DNA of 64,000 bases from Octopus vulgaris (taxonomy: Eukaryota). Location: positions 14,942,001 through 15,006,000 of the forward strand of contig OX597827.1 of assembly GCA_951406725.2 (NCBI GenBank), written 5' to 3'. The first letter of the stretch is position 1, and the number at the start of each line of letters is the position of its first letter. Below are positions 11,836-24,429 of the stretch, piece by piece. A program made the translations under genes and the position numbers. The notes below the pieces were generated by a model that did not search any database, was not told where the DNA came from, and saw nothing but the letters and a program-made list of their open reading frames with translations.

Positions 11836-12410
11836 ATATCAGCATAATCAACATAAAAGACAGAATTACTATATTGTTTAAACATCTAGAAGGTTATAGT
11901 TTGGGGTATAAAGTAATACTTCTACAATACCAGTATTAGTAACTGTTCATATATTATAGGACAAGAGACATGTTTCATTATCTTTGACTTCTGGAAAATT
12001 CTATATGGAATAGATAATTATCTAACAAAAAAAAACAACTTAAATTTAGTCTATATGCATACAACTAGGATAGATCTCTTTTATATGTAAAAGAATTAGA
12101 CGAGCCCTGTTTTATTACAAAACTTAAATGAATGCAATTAACTTTGGATATTTGCAGCACAATAGCATAGTTGTATTAGGAAAACAAACAAAAATTATGA
12201 TTTATTTTTGTCCAAAAGAGAGTTGATTGTCTCGCACTTATGACATAGGCAATATCATTACAGATTATCAAACATATAAGACAGAATCATCTGGATTATT
12301 ATGTGGAGTACATTATAAATATTTAGTTTACTTACCATTGAAAATACACATACACGTTATATTTTTATACATACATATATATATATATATATATATTTTT
12401 TTTTTTTTGC

Positions 12411-12717
12411 AGAGGCACAATGGCCCAGTGTTTAGGGCAGTGGACTCGCGGTCGCAGGATCACAGTTTCGATTCCCAGACCAGGCGTTGTGAGTGTTTAT
12501 TGAGCGAAAAACACCTAAAGCTCCACGAGGCTCCGGCAGGGGGTGGTGGCGATCCCTGCCGTACTCTGTCGCCACAACTTTCTCTCACTCTTTCTTCTGT
12601 TGGCCTGCTTGCTTAGCCAGCAGGGTGGCGTCATTGAAAGCTAAAACAGTCTGAAGCGCATTGTGACCAGCGATGTATGTAGCAACATCTGATGGCCAGG
12701 TCGGTCATGTGATCACA

Positions 12718-12721
<4 letters not shown>
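12411..12721 (+). mobile_element. SINE family D (tRNA head)
   Basis: tggcccagtg...tagggcagtggactcgcgg...gtttcgattcc (A/B boxes). Other copies at 52484, 5810 and 27455. Confidence 0.85.
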
Positions 12722-12760
<39 letters not shown>

Positions 12761-12782
12761 GTATGTGTGTGTATATATTTTT

Positions 12783-12986
12783 TTATTCTTTTACTTGTTT
12801 CAGTTATTTGACTGTGGCCATGCTGGAGCCCTGCCTTTAGTTGAAAAAATCGATCCCATGACTCATTCTTTGTAAGCTTAGTACTTATTCTATCAGTTTC
12901 TTTTGATGAACTGCTGAGTTACAGGGACGTAAAAATACCAGCATTGGTTGTCAAGCAATTTTGTGGGGACAAACACAGACACACAA

Positions 12987-13025
<39 letters not shown>

Positions 13026-13206
13026 TGCACACACACACACATACGACGGGCTTCTTTCGGTTTCCATCTACCAAATCCACTCACAAGGCTTTGGTCAGCC
13101 CAAGTCTATAGTAGAAGAAACTTGACCAAGGTGCCACACAGTGGGATTAAACCCAGAACTCTGTGGCTAGTAAGCAAGCTACTTATCACACAGCCACTCC
13201 TGTGCC

Positions 13207-13208
<2 letters not shown>
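12783..13208 (-). mobile_element. SINE family B
   Basis: Reverse-complement match to 6793-7219. Confidence 0.85.
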
Positions 13209-13249
<41 letters not shown>

Positions 13250-13457
13250 AATACATAAATAAATGGAGTTGAACGAAGATGTTAATAAAATTCTTTTACT
13301 TTCGACATATGTTTCGAAGACAACATGGTTTTATTCTGTGTTTCTGATGTGAATTTGCTACCCTGGTAACGGTTCATTGAATTTTCCATGTTAACGATAA
13401 ACATAGGATAATTCATTCACCCATTGAAATATATATATATATATATACACACACATA

Positions 13458-13515
<58 letters not shown>

Positions 13516-13793
13516 GTATGTATTTATGTAAGCGTGATATGATGTAATGCATAACAAGCATATTTAAACATTGCAATTCAATAAAAAAAAACATGGTAAA
13601 TCCAACCCTATAGGAATTGAACCACAGTTCCTACTGAGTAAGACAGTATACCAACCACAAAGCTTGCTCTGCAAATAATGGCTGAAAGAAAAAAAAGCAA
13701 CACAGAAATAAAATAGTTAAACATCTGCATAGAGGCTTCCTCACTGACTTAAACATGTTTGCGTAGAACGTGTTTGTGTTGAGACATATATGA

Positions 13794-14025
13794 AGACGGC
13801 GAGCTGGCAGAAACGTTAGCACGTCAGGTGAAATGCTTAGCAGTATTTCGTCTGCCGTTACGTTCTGAGTTCAAATTCCGCCGGGGTCAACTTTGCCTTT
13901 CATCCTTTCAGGGTCGATAAATAAAGTACTAGTTTCACACTGGAGTCGATGTAATCAACTTAATCCCTTTGTCTGTCCTTGTTTGTCCCCTCTATGTTTA
14001 GCCCCTTGTGGGCAGTAAAGAAATA
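13794..14025 (+). mobile_element. SINE family A
   Basis: Full-length match to family A. Confidence 0.9.
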
Positions 14026-14331
14026 TATATAGGCGCATGTGTTTCTGTAGAGCTGTGGGTATGTAGATACAGTCATGGCAAAAAGTTTGGATCATAAGTC
14101 TGAAAATTAGAATTTTTATATTAAGCTATCAGAAGTACCTGGCATTGCTCGGGATTTAAATGCTACAATGTTTTTGATACTTAGTAAATTTCCTTCATCA
14201 TAAATAATGTTATGGCCAAATTGTAACAAAACTGGTCACTTATTGTAACAAAATTGTAACAAAATTAGTCACCGGGTACCGCTGAAGCCAAGCAGTAACA
14301 GATTGATATGAAGTCCTGGGAAGAGCTTTAA

Positions 14332-14551
14332 CCCTTTAGCATTTAAACCGGCCATATCAGGCAAAAGTATTCTACCTGTTTTATGTTCAAACTGGCCAGA
14401 TCTGGTCTCTCGCACCAGCCCTACAATATCGTTTTAAAAATTAACAGCTACCTCATCAAAATCTCATAGCTCCAAGATAATGCCTGATTAGTTCGAGGTA
14501 ATGTGGATAAAAAAGGATTAATTTTGGCAGAATAATGCGAACACTAAAGGG
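14332..14551. mobile_element. piggyBac-type MITE
   Basis: TTAA|ccctttagcatt ... aacactaaaggg|TTAA. Confidence 0.8.
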
Positions 14552-15243
14552 TTAATATGTTCTCAGATGGTGCAACAATCACAGATGAAGTAGTCCTGGA
14601 AAGGGCTTTTTGTTGTTCTCACAGCAGTAACAATTTGATAAGAATCCCTGAGAGGGGCTGTTATGCATTCTCAGATGGTGTAATAATCGTATGTAAAGTG
14701 GCCCTGAAGAGTGCCCTTTTTTGTTTACACTAAAAGCAATGGAACTGTTGCTGTGAAATGTGAAACTCTGTCAAAACAGATGACAGATCTAGGTTGGACA
14801 AAGGAAAAGAAACATGGTTGAGGAAAGTTAGTAACTTCGAAAGCATGACTACAGTAGCACTCACTTACCACATATCAGGTCTACAAAGTTGCACTGGTGT
14901 AGAGGAGGCCCTGAGGTTTACGAATTTGAAAGCAGCTGATGCCTGAAGTGCCTACAACACCTCTCTATAGACCACACTTTTTATTTTGCCATTAGAGGCA
15001 AGTACAAATAGATTTTGTTTGCTTCCAACTCTAGAGCATCCGACATATAACTGGCCATGAGAGAAACCTGGCTTGACCTCCTTCTTTTGGTAGCCGAAGC
15101 AGACTCTGTTTTATGACCAAGGTGCATTCTTTTCTTAGGTGGCATGGTGATAGTATTGCACTATGCTTAAATTGCAAGTTTTAAAAAACAAGCAAAAGGG
15201 GACACTGAAAAAAAAATTTGGCACAATGAATACAAAGTGAACC

Positions 15244-15473
15244 TATTTCTTTACTAAACACGAGGCTAAACACGGAGAGGACAAACAAGGACAGACAGAT
15301 GGATTAAGTCGATTATATCGACCCCAGTGCATAACTGGTACTTAATTTATCGACCCCGAAAGGATGAAAAGCAAAGTCGACCTCGGTGAAATTTGAACTC
15401 AGAACGTAGCAGCAGATGAAATATTGCTAAGCATTTTGCCCGGCATGCTAACGATTCTGCCAGCTCGCCACCT
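15244..15473 (-). mobile_element. SINE family A
   Basis: Match to family A. Confidence 0.85.
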
Positions 15474-16097
15474 ATTAAACGTATTATTCAGAAAAGGTGG
15501 AAGCAGGGTCAGACAGTTAGCTGTGTGGACACAAATACACTGAATACAGTATTTTTTAAAAAAAACTTAAGCTAAAAACTGTTAGGCGGCAACAGTATGA
15601 AGGAGTTAACTTCATTGAGTATGGGGACAACAAAAAATTTCAACAGGAAGTATGAAGTTAAAGCAATAGTGTATGTCAAATGGTAGGCCTAACCTGTAAG
15701 CCGAAGCGCATATCAGATATGCACAAAAGCGCATCAATAATTACGATTTGATACTGCATTGATCAGGTGAACAGTGTTCCACCAATGAAATTCAGTCAAT
15801 GAATTAATTGGACAGGCTCATTACAGTGGACAATCAATAGTGTTCACACGCATAGGTCAAAGGTCATGTTCACAGTTCATCCCTTATTCGCATATCATTA
15901 AAGAAAATGGTGGTGAAAAGTGGGGGGGGGCATTACGAATGTTGGTGCTAATGGCGGGGGTGGGGCGAAGTGAGTAAACACTGAGGGTGTGGTAAAATCA
16001 GTCATTCACACCAATAAGGGATTGAAGTGGGGGGTGGGGTATCACGGCTGTAGGTGATAATAGCAGGGAGTTAAGTAAACACTAATGTACACAGATT

Positions 16098-16330
16098 AAG
16101 GCGGCGAGCTGGCAGAAACGTTAGCACGCCGGGTGAAAAGCGGAGCCGTATTTCGTCTGGCATTACGTTCTGAGTTCAAATTCCGCCGAGGTCGACTCTA
16201 CCTTTCATCCTTTCGGGGTCAATAAATTGAGCACCAGTTACGCACTGGGGTCGATATAACCGACTTAATCCGTTTGTCTATCCTTGTTTGTCCTCTCTAT
16301 GTTTAGCCCCTTGTGGGTAGTAAAGAAATA
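16098..16330 (+). mobile_element. SINE family A with 16-bp TSD
   Basis: TSD actaatgtacacagat at 16081-16096 and 16331-16346. Confidence 0.9.
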
Positions 16331-16399
16331 ACTAATGTACACAGATCAAATCTGCAAGGTAAAACTACCCCACAATCCTTGGCCTTTGAGTAAACAGCA

Positions 16400-17069
16400 G
16401 AAGTTGTAAGCACAAAACCAAGTTTAATCTGGTTAATTGCAAATTTAATGGAAATAAACTTGACAAAACATTGGTTTAAAACTGTTAATTAGGCATGGGT
16501 AATATTTTGCGAAATTTGGAGTGAATCAGTTTTGGAATTGCGGAAGTTATTGGCAAAAAAATGAATTGTACGCAGTTATTCACAGACTTTTCCCATTCAA
16601 CATGGATTGACTTGACAAAAACATAAGTTTAAAATAATTCTTAAAACATGAGTGATGTTTGTGCCAAATTTGGAGTGAATCGGTTGGAAACTCCAGAAGT
16701 TATTGACAAAAAACCAATCTTTATGCAGTTATTCGTGGATTTTTCACAATTAAAGCAGATGACCTTGACAAAAATTTTAAGCAAAACAATTTTTCTATAA
16801 TGAGTTCTTCTATAATGTTCATGTCAAATTTGGAGGAAATCGCTTGCAAAACCAGGGATTTATGGGCAAAAAACAACAGTTTTCTGAACAGTTATTCATG
16901 GTTTTTAGTCTGGAGAGTCTGGAAAATATAAAGTAGATCATGGCCACCTTTGGAGCATAAGCTATCAGAGTATCAAGTTTGAGTGAAATCGATTGAAAAA
17001 TGGGGAAATGCATAATGATTATACACACACAGAAGCACAAAGAAATTTTCTGTTTTATATATATAGATG
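16400..17069 (+). repeat. ~155-bp tandem repeats, Helitron/HINE-like 3' part
   Basis: Recurring aaatttggagtgaatc...gaagttattg.caaaaaa...gcagttattc units at ~16512, 16666, 16826 and 16975. Ends ttttatatatatagat. Confidence 0.55.
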
Positions 17070-17464
17070 TCTAAAGTTATATTTAATTTGCAATATATTA
17101 TTACTTGGCCAAAAGTTTGGAACAGGTGTGTAAAGTAGAATTGAGCCATTGGATCAGTTACTAGGTAAGTATATCTCTATGTTGTATATATTTGAATCAA
17201 ATTGTACTTGGGCGTAACAATTTTTATTTTTTAACAAAAGAATGTTCGAAACTTTTGGCCATGACTGTATATGTATTTATATACGTGTAGAGACATACAT
17301 CAGAAGAGGTCTGACTTAGAAGCATATATTTCTGCACAGACATGCATATGTAAATATGTGCGATTATAAATACATGTATGTAGAGTCACATATTACATGT
17401 ATAAAGAATAAAACATTTGAAATGGTACAACAATGCACTATAATACATATAATGGGCTATATAC

Positions 17465-17880
17465 CTATTTCTTTACTATCCACATGGGGCTAAACACAGA
17501 GGGGACAAACAAGGACAGACAAACGGATTAAGTCGATTATATCAACCCCAGTGCGTAACTGGTACTTATTTAATCGACCCCGAAAGGATGAAAGGCAAAG
17601 TCGACCTCAGCAGAATTTGAACTCTGAACGTAATGGCAGACAAAATACCTATTTCTTTATTACCCACAAGGGGCTAAACACAGAGGGGACAAACAAGGAC
17701 AGACATAGGTATTAAGTCGATTACATCGACCCCAGTGATTAACTGGTACTTAATTTATCGACCCCGAAAGGATGAAAGGCAAAGTCGACCTCGGCGGAAT
17801 TTGAACTCACAACGTAACACAGACGAAATACCGCTAAGCATTTCATCCGGTGTGCTAACATTTCTGCCAGCTCGCCGCCT
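17465..17880 (-). mobile_element. SINE family A with duplicated body (1.8-mer) and 15-bp TSD
   Basis: Two tandem bodies. TSD atgggctatatacct at 17452 and 17881. Confidence 0.9.
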
Positions 17881-18440
17881 ATGGGCTATATACCTGTTGT
17901 AATTTAGTCATCCATAGTCCGATGATATTTCGGAATAAAATTCCTTCTTGAGATATTCGTAGATGGAGTCGCTGCTATAATCGGTTTTCCAACGCTTTTC
18001 TTATTTATTTATTTATTTATTTTATTTTATTTTATTTGAAGCATTTCAGCAGTGGTCGAAGCTATACATATAATACATAACTTAGAAGCAGCGCTACGGA
18101 TGTACTAGCACACACGAGACTGAGACATGGCCGACCTCACGCATGTCTCATGAGGAATTCTGGAAGGAGCTTCGTGAGATCACTGCTGAGACACTTCCAA
18201 AAGAAAACAAGAAAAGCCGTGGGAAAACTGATTATAGCCGTGACTCCATCTAAGAATATCTGAAGAAGGAATTTTATTCCGAAATATCATCAGACTATGG
18301 ACGACTAAATTACAACAGGTATATAGTCTATTTTTTGTATTATAGTCCATTGTTGTACCATTCAAAACTTTTTAGTCTTTACAAACAATATACAATGCTT
18401 CAAGTAAACTACAATACTCTCCTATATATATATATATATA

Positions 18441-18600
18441 TATAAACAACTTATAAACAAGGGCAAAAGAAAATTATTTCTATGCCAATATGCAGGCATG
18501 TTATTGGCATATTGGCATAGAAATAATTTTCTTTTGCCCTTGTTTATAAGTTGTTTATAATTTCAACCTTTAAAGGTATTTTAATATGCTGCCACTTTTT
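18441..18600. repeat. Palindromic repeat in (TA)n (same family at 50238-50400)
   Basis: ataaacaacttataaacaagggcaaaagaaaattatttctatgccaatatgc plus its reverse complement, then aacctttaaaggtattttaatatgctg. Confidence 0.8.
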
Positions 18601-18944
18601 TGATGAAATTTTTTTCTGTAAAAAAACTTCATTCTATATTAGTAGTATATATATGTATATATTTATCAAGGGATGCATAAGAGATATTTGTATAGGCATT
18701 TATGTATCAAGATAAGTATTTAAAAGCATGTTTTAGATGTATGCCTTAAACGTATGTGTTAAATGCATATGCACATACATGTGGGTATAGGTTTCCCTCT
18801 CAAGGGATGAGTACTCAATCAAATATACACAATGAACAGTGGTTCTTGATCAATTTAAAATTTATGATATGCTGGATATCTTTGCAAACTATGTAATAAA
18901 GTTATATTATATTTAGAAAGGAAAAACACTGAAAACAACTGATT

Positions 18945-19330
18945 GTCTTCGTTGTATCTTGAGAGGGTCATAACGCCAATAAACACACACACACACACAC
19001 ACACACTGGTTCTATTTCACTTCTTTTGTTGTTATTGTTGTTAGTCAACTAGTTATCCATTTAATCAATTACATAATCGATTGATTGATTTGATTAATCG
19101 TTTAGTCAATCGATAAGCTAAGTTCGTCAGATACCTTTCATTGCCATTGAAGACTTCATCAAAAGGACTCTGATGAAGCTAACTGATTGATTGACCAAAT
19201 GCTTAATTAAACAATTGATTAGTTCATTGGTTAAAATAGTTAACTAGTTGACTAATAATAATAAAACAAATGAAATAGAACCAGTGCATGTGTTCATTAC
19301 TGGCAAATGACTCTTCCACGATACAACAAA
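18945..19330. mobile_element. Imperfect ~385-bp palindrome (MITE-like)
   Basis: cactggttctatttca...gttagtcaactagtta pairs with taactagttgactaat...tgaaatagaaccagtg. Confidence 0.65.
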
Positions 19331-19500
19331 ACCTGGTTCAATACACGAGTTCTTATCGAGTATCTTTCAAACCAAATACAAAAATGTAGTATTGATTGCC
19401 TTGTTTTATTTATCAGACTTTATAATCATCATTACCATCATTTTATGCCCACATTCTGTGCTGGCATTAGATGAACAATTTGACAGGATACGGCTAGTTT

Positions 19501-19722
19501 ATATTTCTTCACAAGGGGCTAAACACAGAGGGGACAAACAAGGACAGACAAAGGGATTAAATCGATTACATCGACCCCAGTGCATAACTGGCACTTAATT
19601 TATCGACCTCAAAAGGATAAAAGGCAAGGTTGACCTCGGCAGAATTTGAACTCAGAACGTAACGGCAGACGAAATACTGATAAGCATTTCACCCAGCGTG
19701 CTAACGTTTCTGCCAGCTTGCC
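19501..19722 (-). mobile_element. SINE family A
   Basis: Match to family A. Flanking repeat caggatac(g/a)gctagtt. Confidence 0.85.
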
Positions 19723-19760
19723 AGGATACAGCTAGTTGAAGGACTATACCTTACTCCAAC

Positions 19761-20050
19761 TGTGGAGGCACATGGCCTAGTGGTTAGAGCTGCAGACTCG
19801 CGGGTTCGAATCTCAGACCGGGAGATATGTGTGTTTATAAGCGAAAACACCTAAGCTCCACGCAGCTCCGGCAGAAGGTAATGGCGAACTTCTACTGACT
19901 CTTTCACCACAATTTTCTCTCACTCTTTCCTCCTGCATCTTGCAGCTCACCTGTGACAGACCAGCGTCCCGTCCAGGTGGGGAACCTATACGCCAAGAAA
20001 CCGGGAAAACGGCCCTTATGGGCCAGGCATGGCTCGAAAAGGAACAAACA
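19761..20050 (+). mobile_element. SINE family E (D-type tRNA head, V-domain-like gaccagcgtcccgtccagg)
   Basis: 13-bp TSD accttactccaac at 19748 and 20051. A/B boxes present. Confidence 0.85.
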
Positions 20051-20729
20051 ACCTTACTCCAACGTATATATATTGGCATGATTATTATGGTTGGGTAACA
20101 TTCCTGGTGATAATCATTTCATAAAGTGTACTGGGTGTATTCTTCAAAACACCAGCACTAAGTGAGGTGGCCTTGAAACTTGCAAGATGAAAGAGTCTAG
20201 AGCATATCATATAACTGAAAGTATAATAGGAGGGAGAGAGAGAGAGAGAGAATAATGATTCAAGGTGAGATGGCAGAGAAGATTAAGAGAGGAACAGAGA
20301 GTTGCAACAAGGTGGCAGACACTCATGTATAACAAAATCGTAGATAATGCATATTTTAAGATACTAATGTTATAAGAACATAAACAAAACAACACCAGTT
20401 GTCAAGTTGTGGCAAAGGATAAAACACAAACACACACATACACTTTGGTCAGCCAGGGGCTATAGGAGAAGACACTTACCCAAAATGCCACACAGCGGTA
20501 CTGAACCTAAAACCTGGCAGTTGGGAAACAACCTTCTTACTACCAACCATACCGGCAATGTACTTTAAAAACATCTGTGATGCACCAAGATACTCCTTCA
20601 GTTGCATTAGTGCACCGCAATGCACCATTTCAGAGCCAGGTGTGGAGTCATATTTATTTCAATTGGTCTATATATCTATTGGGACTTGTGTGTGGAGATA
20701 TATACATGTCATAATGTGGGTATGTATGT

Positions 20730-21412
20730 ATACTCTCCTTTACTTGTTTCAGTCATTTGACTGTGGCCATGCTGGAGCACCGCCTTTAATCGAGCAACTC
20801 GACCCCGGGACTTATTCTTTTGTAAGCCCAGCCTCGTCTGGCACCTGTGTCGGTGGCACATAAAAACACCATCCGAGCGTGGCCGTTCGCCAGCCTCGTC
20901 TGGCACCTGTGTCGGTGGCACATAAAATCACCCACTACACTCTCGGAGTGGTTGGCGTTAGGAAGGGCATCCAGCTGTAGAAACACTGCCAGATCTGACT
21001 GGCCTGGTGCAGCCTTCGGGCTCCCCAGACCTCAGTTGAACCGTCCAACCCATGCTAGCATGGAAAGCGGACGTTAAATGATGATGATGATGATGATGAT
21101 GAGTACTTATTCTATCGGTCTCTTTTGCCGAACAGCTAAGTAACAGGGACATAAACACACCAGCATCGGTTGTCAAGCAATGCTAGGGGGACAAACACAG
21201 ACACACAAACACACACACGCATATATATATATATACATACATATATGCGACGGGCTTCTTTCAGTTTCTGTCTACCAAATCCACTCACAAGGCTTTGGTT
21301 GGCCCGAGGCTAGAGTAGAAGATACTTGCCCAAGGTGTCACGCAGTGGGACTGAACCTGGAACCATGTGGCTGGTAAACAAGCTACTTACCACACAGCCA
21401 CTCCTGTGCCTA
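20730..21412 (-). mobile_element. SINE family B interrupted by an RTE 3' end
   Basis: B sequence tgtaagcccag|tacttattctatcgg is split by an insertion. Confidence 0.85.
20830..21101 (+). mobile_element. 5'-truncated 3' end of the RTE LINE (as 7506-7760), (GAT)n tail
   Basis: Reverse-complement match to 7506-7760, including tandem units. Confidence 0.85.
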
Positions 21413-21681
21413 TATGTATGTATAGAAAAAGAGAGAACTGGGTGCAGAAGCACATGTTTTTAGAGAAGTGGAGCCTTGAGTGTGTGAGTGTGTGCGTGCG
21501 TGTGTGTGTGTGTGTGTGTGCGTGTGTGTAGATATATGGGTATAGAGATGTAAGTATGCAGAAATGTATGTAGACATGTGAAGACGTTAAAAAACATGTG
21601 GCAACATATGCATGTAGTAACAGATAAGTGTTTACACACCAGTTTCTACATACCTACCTATATACATATAATACATTTATA

Positions 21682-22249
21682 CAGTATTTAAATTATTTAC
21701 ATTCGACAGGTATTTGTCCTCATCTTGTTTGTTGTTAACACATCAGTTCGGCTGATATACCCTCCAGCCTTTTTCAGGTGTCTTGGGGAAATTTTGAACC
21801 TGGGTTCTCATTCCTAAGGTATTTTTCAATGTTATTGTTATTATTATTACTATTATTATTATTATTATTAATTATTATTATGATTATTGTTCAGGTTACT
21901 GCTTGGAATCAAACTCGGAATCTTGGGGTTAGTAGCCCACGCTCTTAAGTACTACACCATTTGCCCGTGGGCATAGTGGTTAAGAGCACAGGCTACTAAC
22001 CCCAAGATTCCAAGTTCGATTCCAATCAGTGACCTGAACAATAATCATAATAATAATAATAATAACATTGAAAAAATACCTTAGGAATGAGAACCCAAGT
22101 TCAAAATTTCCGCAAGACACCTGAAGGAAGCTGGAGGGTATATCAGCCGAACTGATGTGTTAACAACAAACAAGATGAGAACAAATATCCATTGAATGTA
22201 AATAATGTAAATAATGTACATAATTCCTCATCTCTTAAATATAGAACTG
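21682..22249. mobile_element. Head-to-head inverted dimer of family F (tRNA head + (AAT)n + hammerhead-like tail)
   Basis: Arms are reverse complements about ~21966. Flanked by a 13-bp near-perfect TSD (taatacatttata / taatacatatata). Confidence 0.85.
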
Positions 22250-22824
22250 TAATACATATATACATACATACATGCAAACATACAGGCATACAAACATACA
22301 TACAAACATGCATACATACATCTCTCAGTGGAATAGTATGTGAGCAGTGTAAATACTGGTGTGTGTATAAATACATATATATACATCAAGTTTTTCTATG
22401 CAACATTTTTGAACAGACATGTCAATACACATATCTCTACATAAATGTCCCTGTAAACAAGTCTCAATACTCAATACTGTCCAGGAACCTATACGCCAAG
22501 GAAACTAGGAAACTGGCCCTTATGAGCCAGGCATGGCTTGAGAAGGAACAAACAAAAACTCAGATTGTAAAACGCTAGTCTAAATGGTTGGTTTGCTTCT
22601 CTCAGTTCATAGCTGTAAAGTGGTTGACAATAGGAAGGGCAACCAGCTATCAACAAAATACCATCTCCCTTCTACATTAATCTGAAACCATCCAAATAAT
22701 CAGTCATGTGTTGGTTTGACCATTACTGAATTTCTCTGGTTATTGATGCAGTTTGAGAAATGCATTACAGAATGCAAACGTGGCACAAAAAAAAAATGGT
22801 AAGATTTGATATCTTTTTATCTAT

Positions 22825-23282
22825 TATCTTTTATTTGTTTCAGTCATTGGACTGCAGCCATGCTGGAGAACAACCTTGAAAGATTTAGTCAAATGATCAA
22901 CCCCCAATACTAATTTTGTTAAGTCTCGTACTTATTCTATTGGTCTCTTTTTCCAAAACCACTAAGCTATAAGGATGTAAACAAACCAACACCTGTTGCC
23001 AAGTAGTGGTAGTTAACAAGCAGGAAGACACACACATAGTGATACACAAACACACAGACACACACATACACACACACACACACAGATATATGTATATATA
23101 TTTATATATGTGTGTGTGTATGATGGGTTGCCACCCAGTTTCTGTCAACAAAATTATCAAAAACAGAGCATTGGTTGGCCAGGGTGTTTAGTACAAGACA
23201 CTCGCTCAAAGTGCTGTGCAGTAAGGCTGAACCTAAAATTATGTGGTTGCAAAGCAAGCTCCTTAACTACTCAGCCATGCCC
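22825..23282 (-). mobile_element. SINE family B, diverged
   Basis: Degenerate match. Confidence 0.7.
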
Positions 23283-23519
23283 AACACTAAATGATAATAA
23301 TCTGACCTTCTCCAGAAAGATCTCTGACATCTACGCTGAAATCTTAATGAAGACTGACAAATGACTTATGAACATTAAAATATACATAATTAATTGTATA
23401 ATAAACTATTACCTTTCTATATCCACTCTACATGAAACTTGAATTCCTATACCTCTGTCACAGAAATATGACCATCATAAAATACCATATTAAATATACA
23501 TGCAAAGAACTATATATAC

Positions 23520-23938
23520 CTATTCCTTTATTACTCACAAGGGGTTAAACATAGAGGGGACAAACAAGGACAGACATAGGTATTAAGTCGATTATATCGA
23601 CCCCAGTGCGTAACTGGTGTTCAATTTATTGACCCCGAAAGGATGAAAAGCAAAGTCGGCCTCGGCGGAATTTGAACTCAGAACGTAGCAGCAGACGAAA
23701 GAAATACCTATTTCTTTATTACCCACAAGGGGTTAAACATAGAGGGGACAAACAAGGACAGATAAAGGTATTAAGTCGATTATATCGACCCCAGTGCGTA
23801 ACTGGTGCTTAATTTATTGACCCCGAAAGGATGAAAGGCAAAGTCGGCCTCGGCGGAATTTGAACTCAGAACGTAGCAGCAGACGAAATACCGCTAAGCA
23901 CTTCGCCCGGCATACTAATGATTCTGCCAGCTCGCCTT
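23520..23938 (-). mobile_element. SINE family A with duplicated body
   Basis: Same 1.8-mer architecture as 17465-17880. Confidence 0.9.
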
Positions 23939-24429
23939 ATCTCTGTTAGTGGTTCTGCAAAAGAGATCGACAGAATAAAAAAATAAAATACCGCTAAGCG
24001 TTTCGCTCGGCGTGCTAACGATTCTGCCAGCTCATGTATGCATATATTTCTGAGATACAGATCATGATAATTATAATCATAATAATGATAATAGCAAGAG
24101 TACTCAGGGAGTGGAAACCTCTGCCAAATCAACACCAACATCCTCTCAACGATTAGCCAGAGATGATTTTTAAAATGAGAATATCTGAAATAAACTCAAC
24201 TTCTCCCACAAACGGGAATACTAAAACTGAACCCAAATACTCTAAAAAATTAAGTAAATAAACAGGAAAAATAATCCAGAATTCTTGTCCGGTATTGGAT
24301 CATTCCCAAACTCTAAATAGTTCATGCCAGTCACGAGGTCAAACATCCCTGAAAGTTCCATCTGAATCCATCCAGTGGTTCTTGAGATATCTTGTCCATG
24401 GACAAACAAAACAAACTAACAAACAAGAA

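Larger units (their letters stand above)
14070..17267. mobile_element. Non-autonomous Tc1-type element containing nested insertions
   Basis: TA|cagtcatggcaaaaagtttgga ... tcgaaacttttggccatgactg|TA. An extra TIR-like copy (tggccaaaagtttggaaca) lies at ~17106. No transposase ORF visible. Confidence 0.7.

Noticed and set aside
12330-12360. Proximal 5'UTR exon donor (ATG|GTAAGT, minus strand)
   Set aside because: The motif is good, but only microsatellite and SINE sequence lies upstream and there is no other support.
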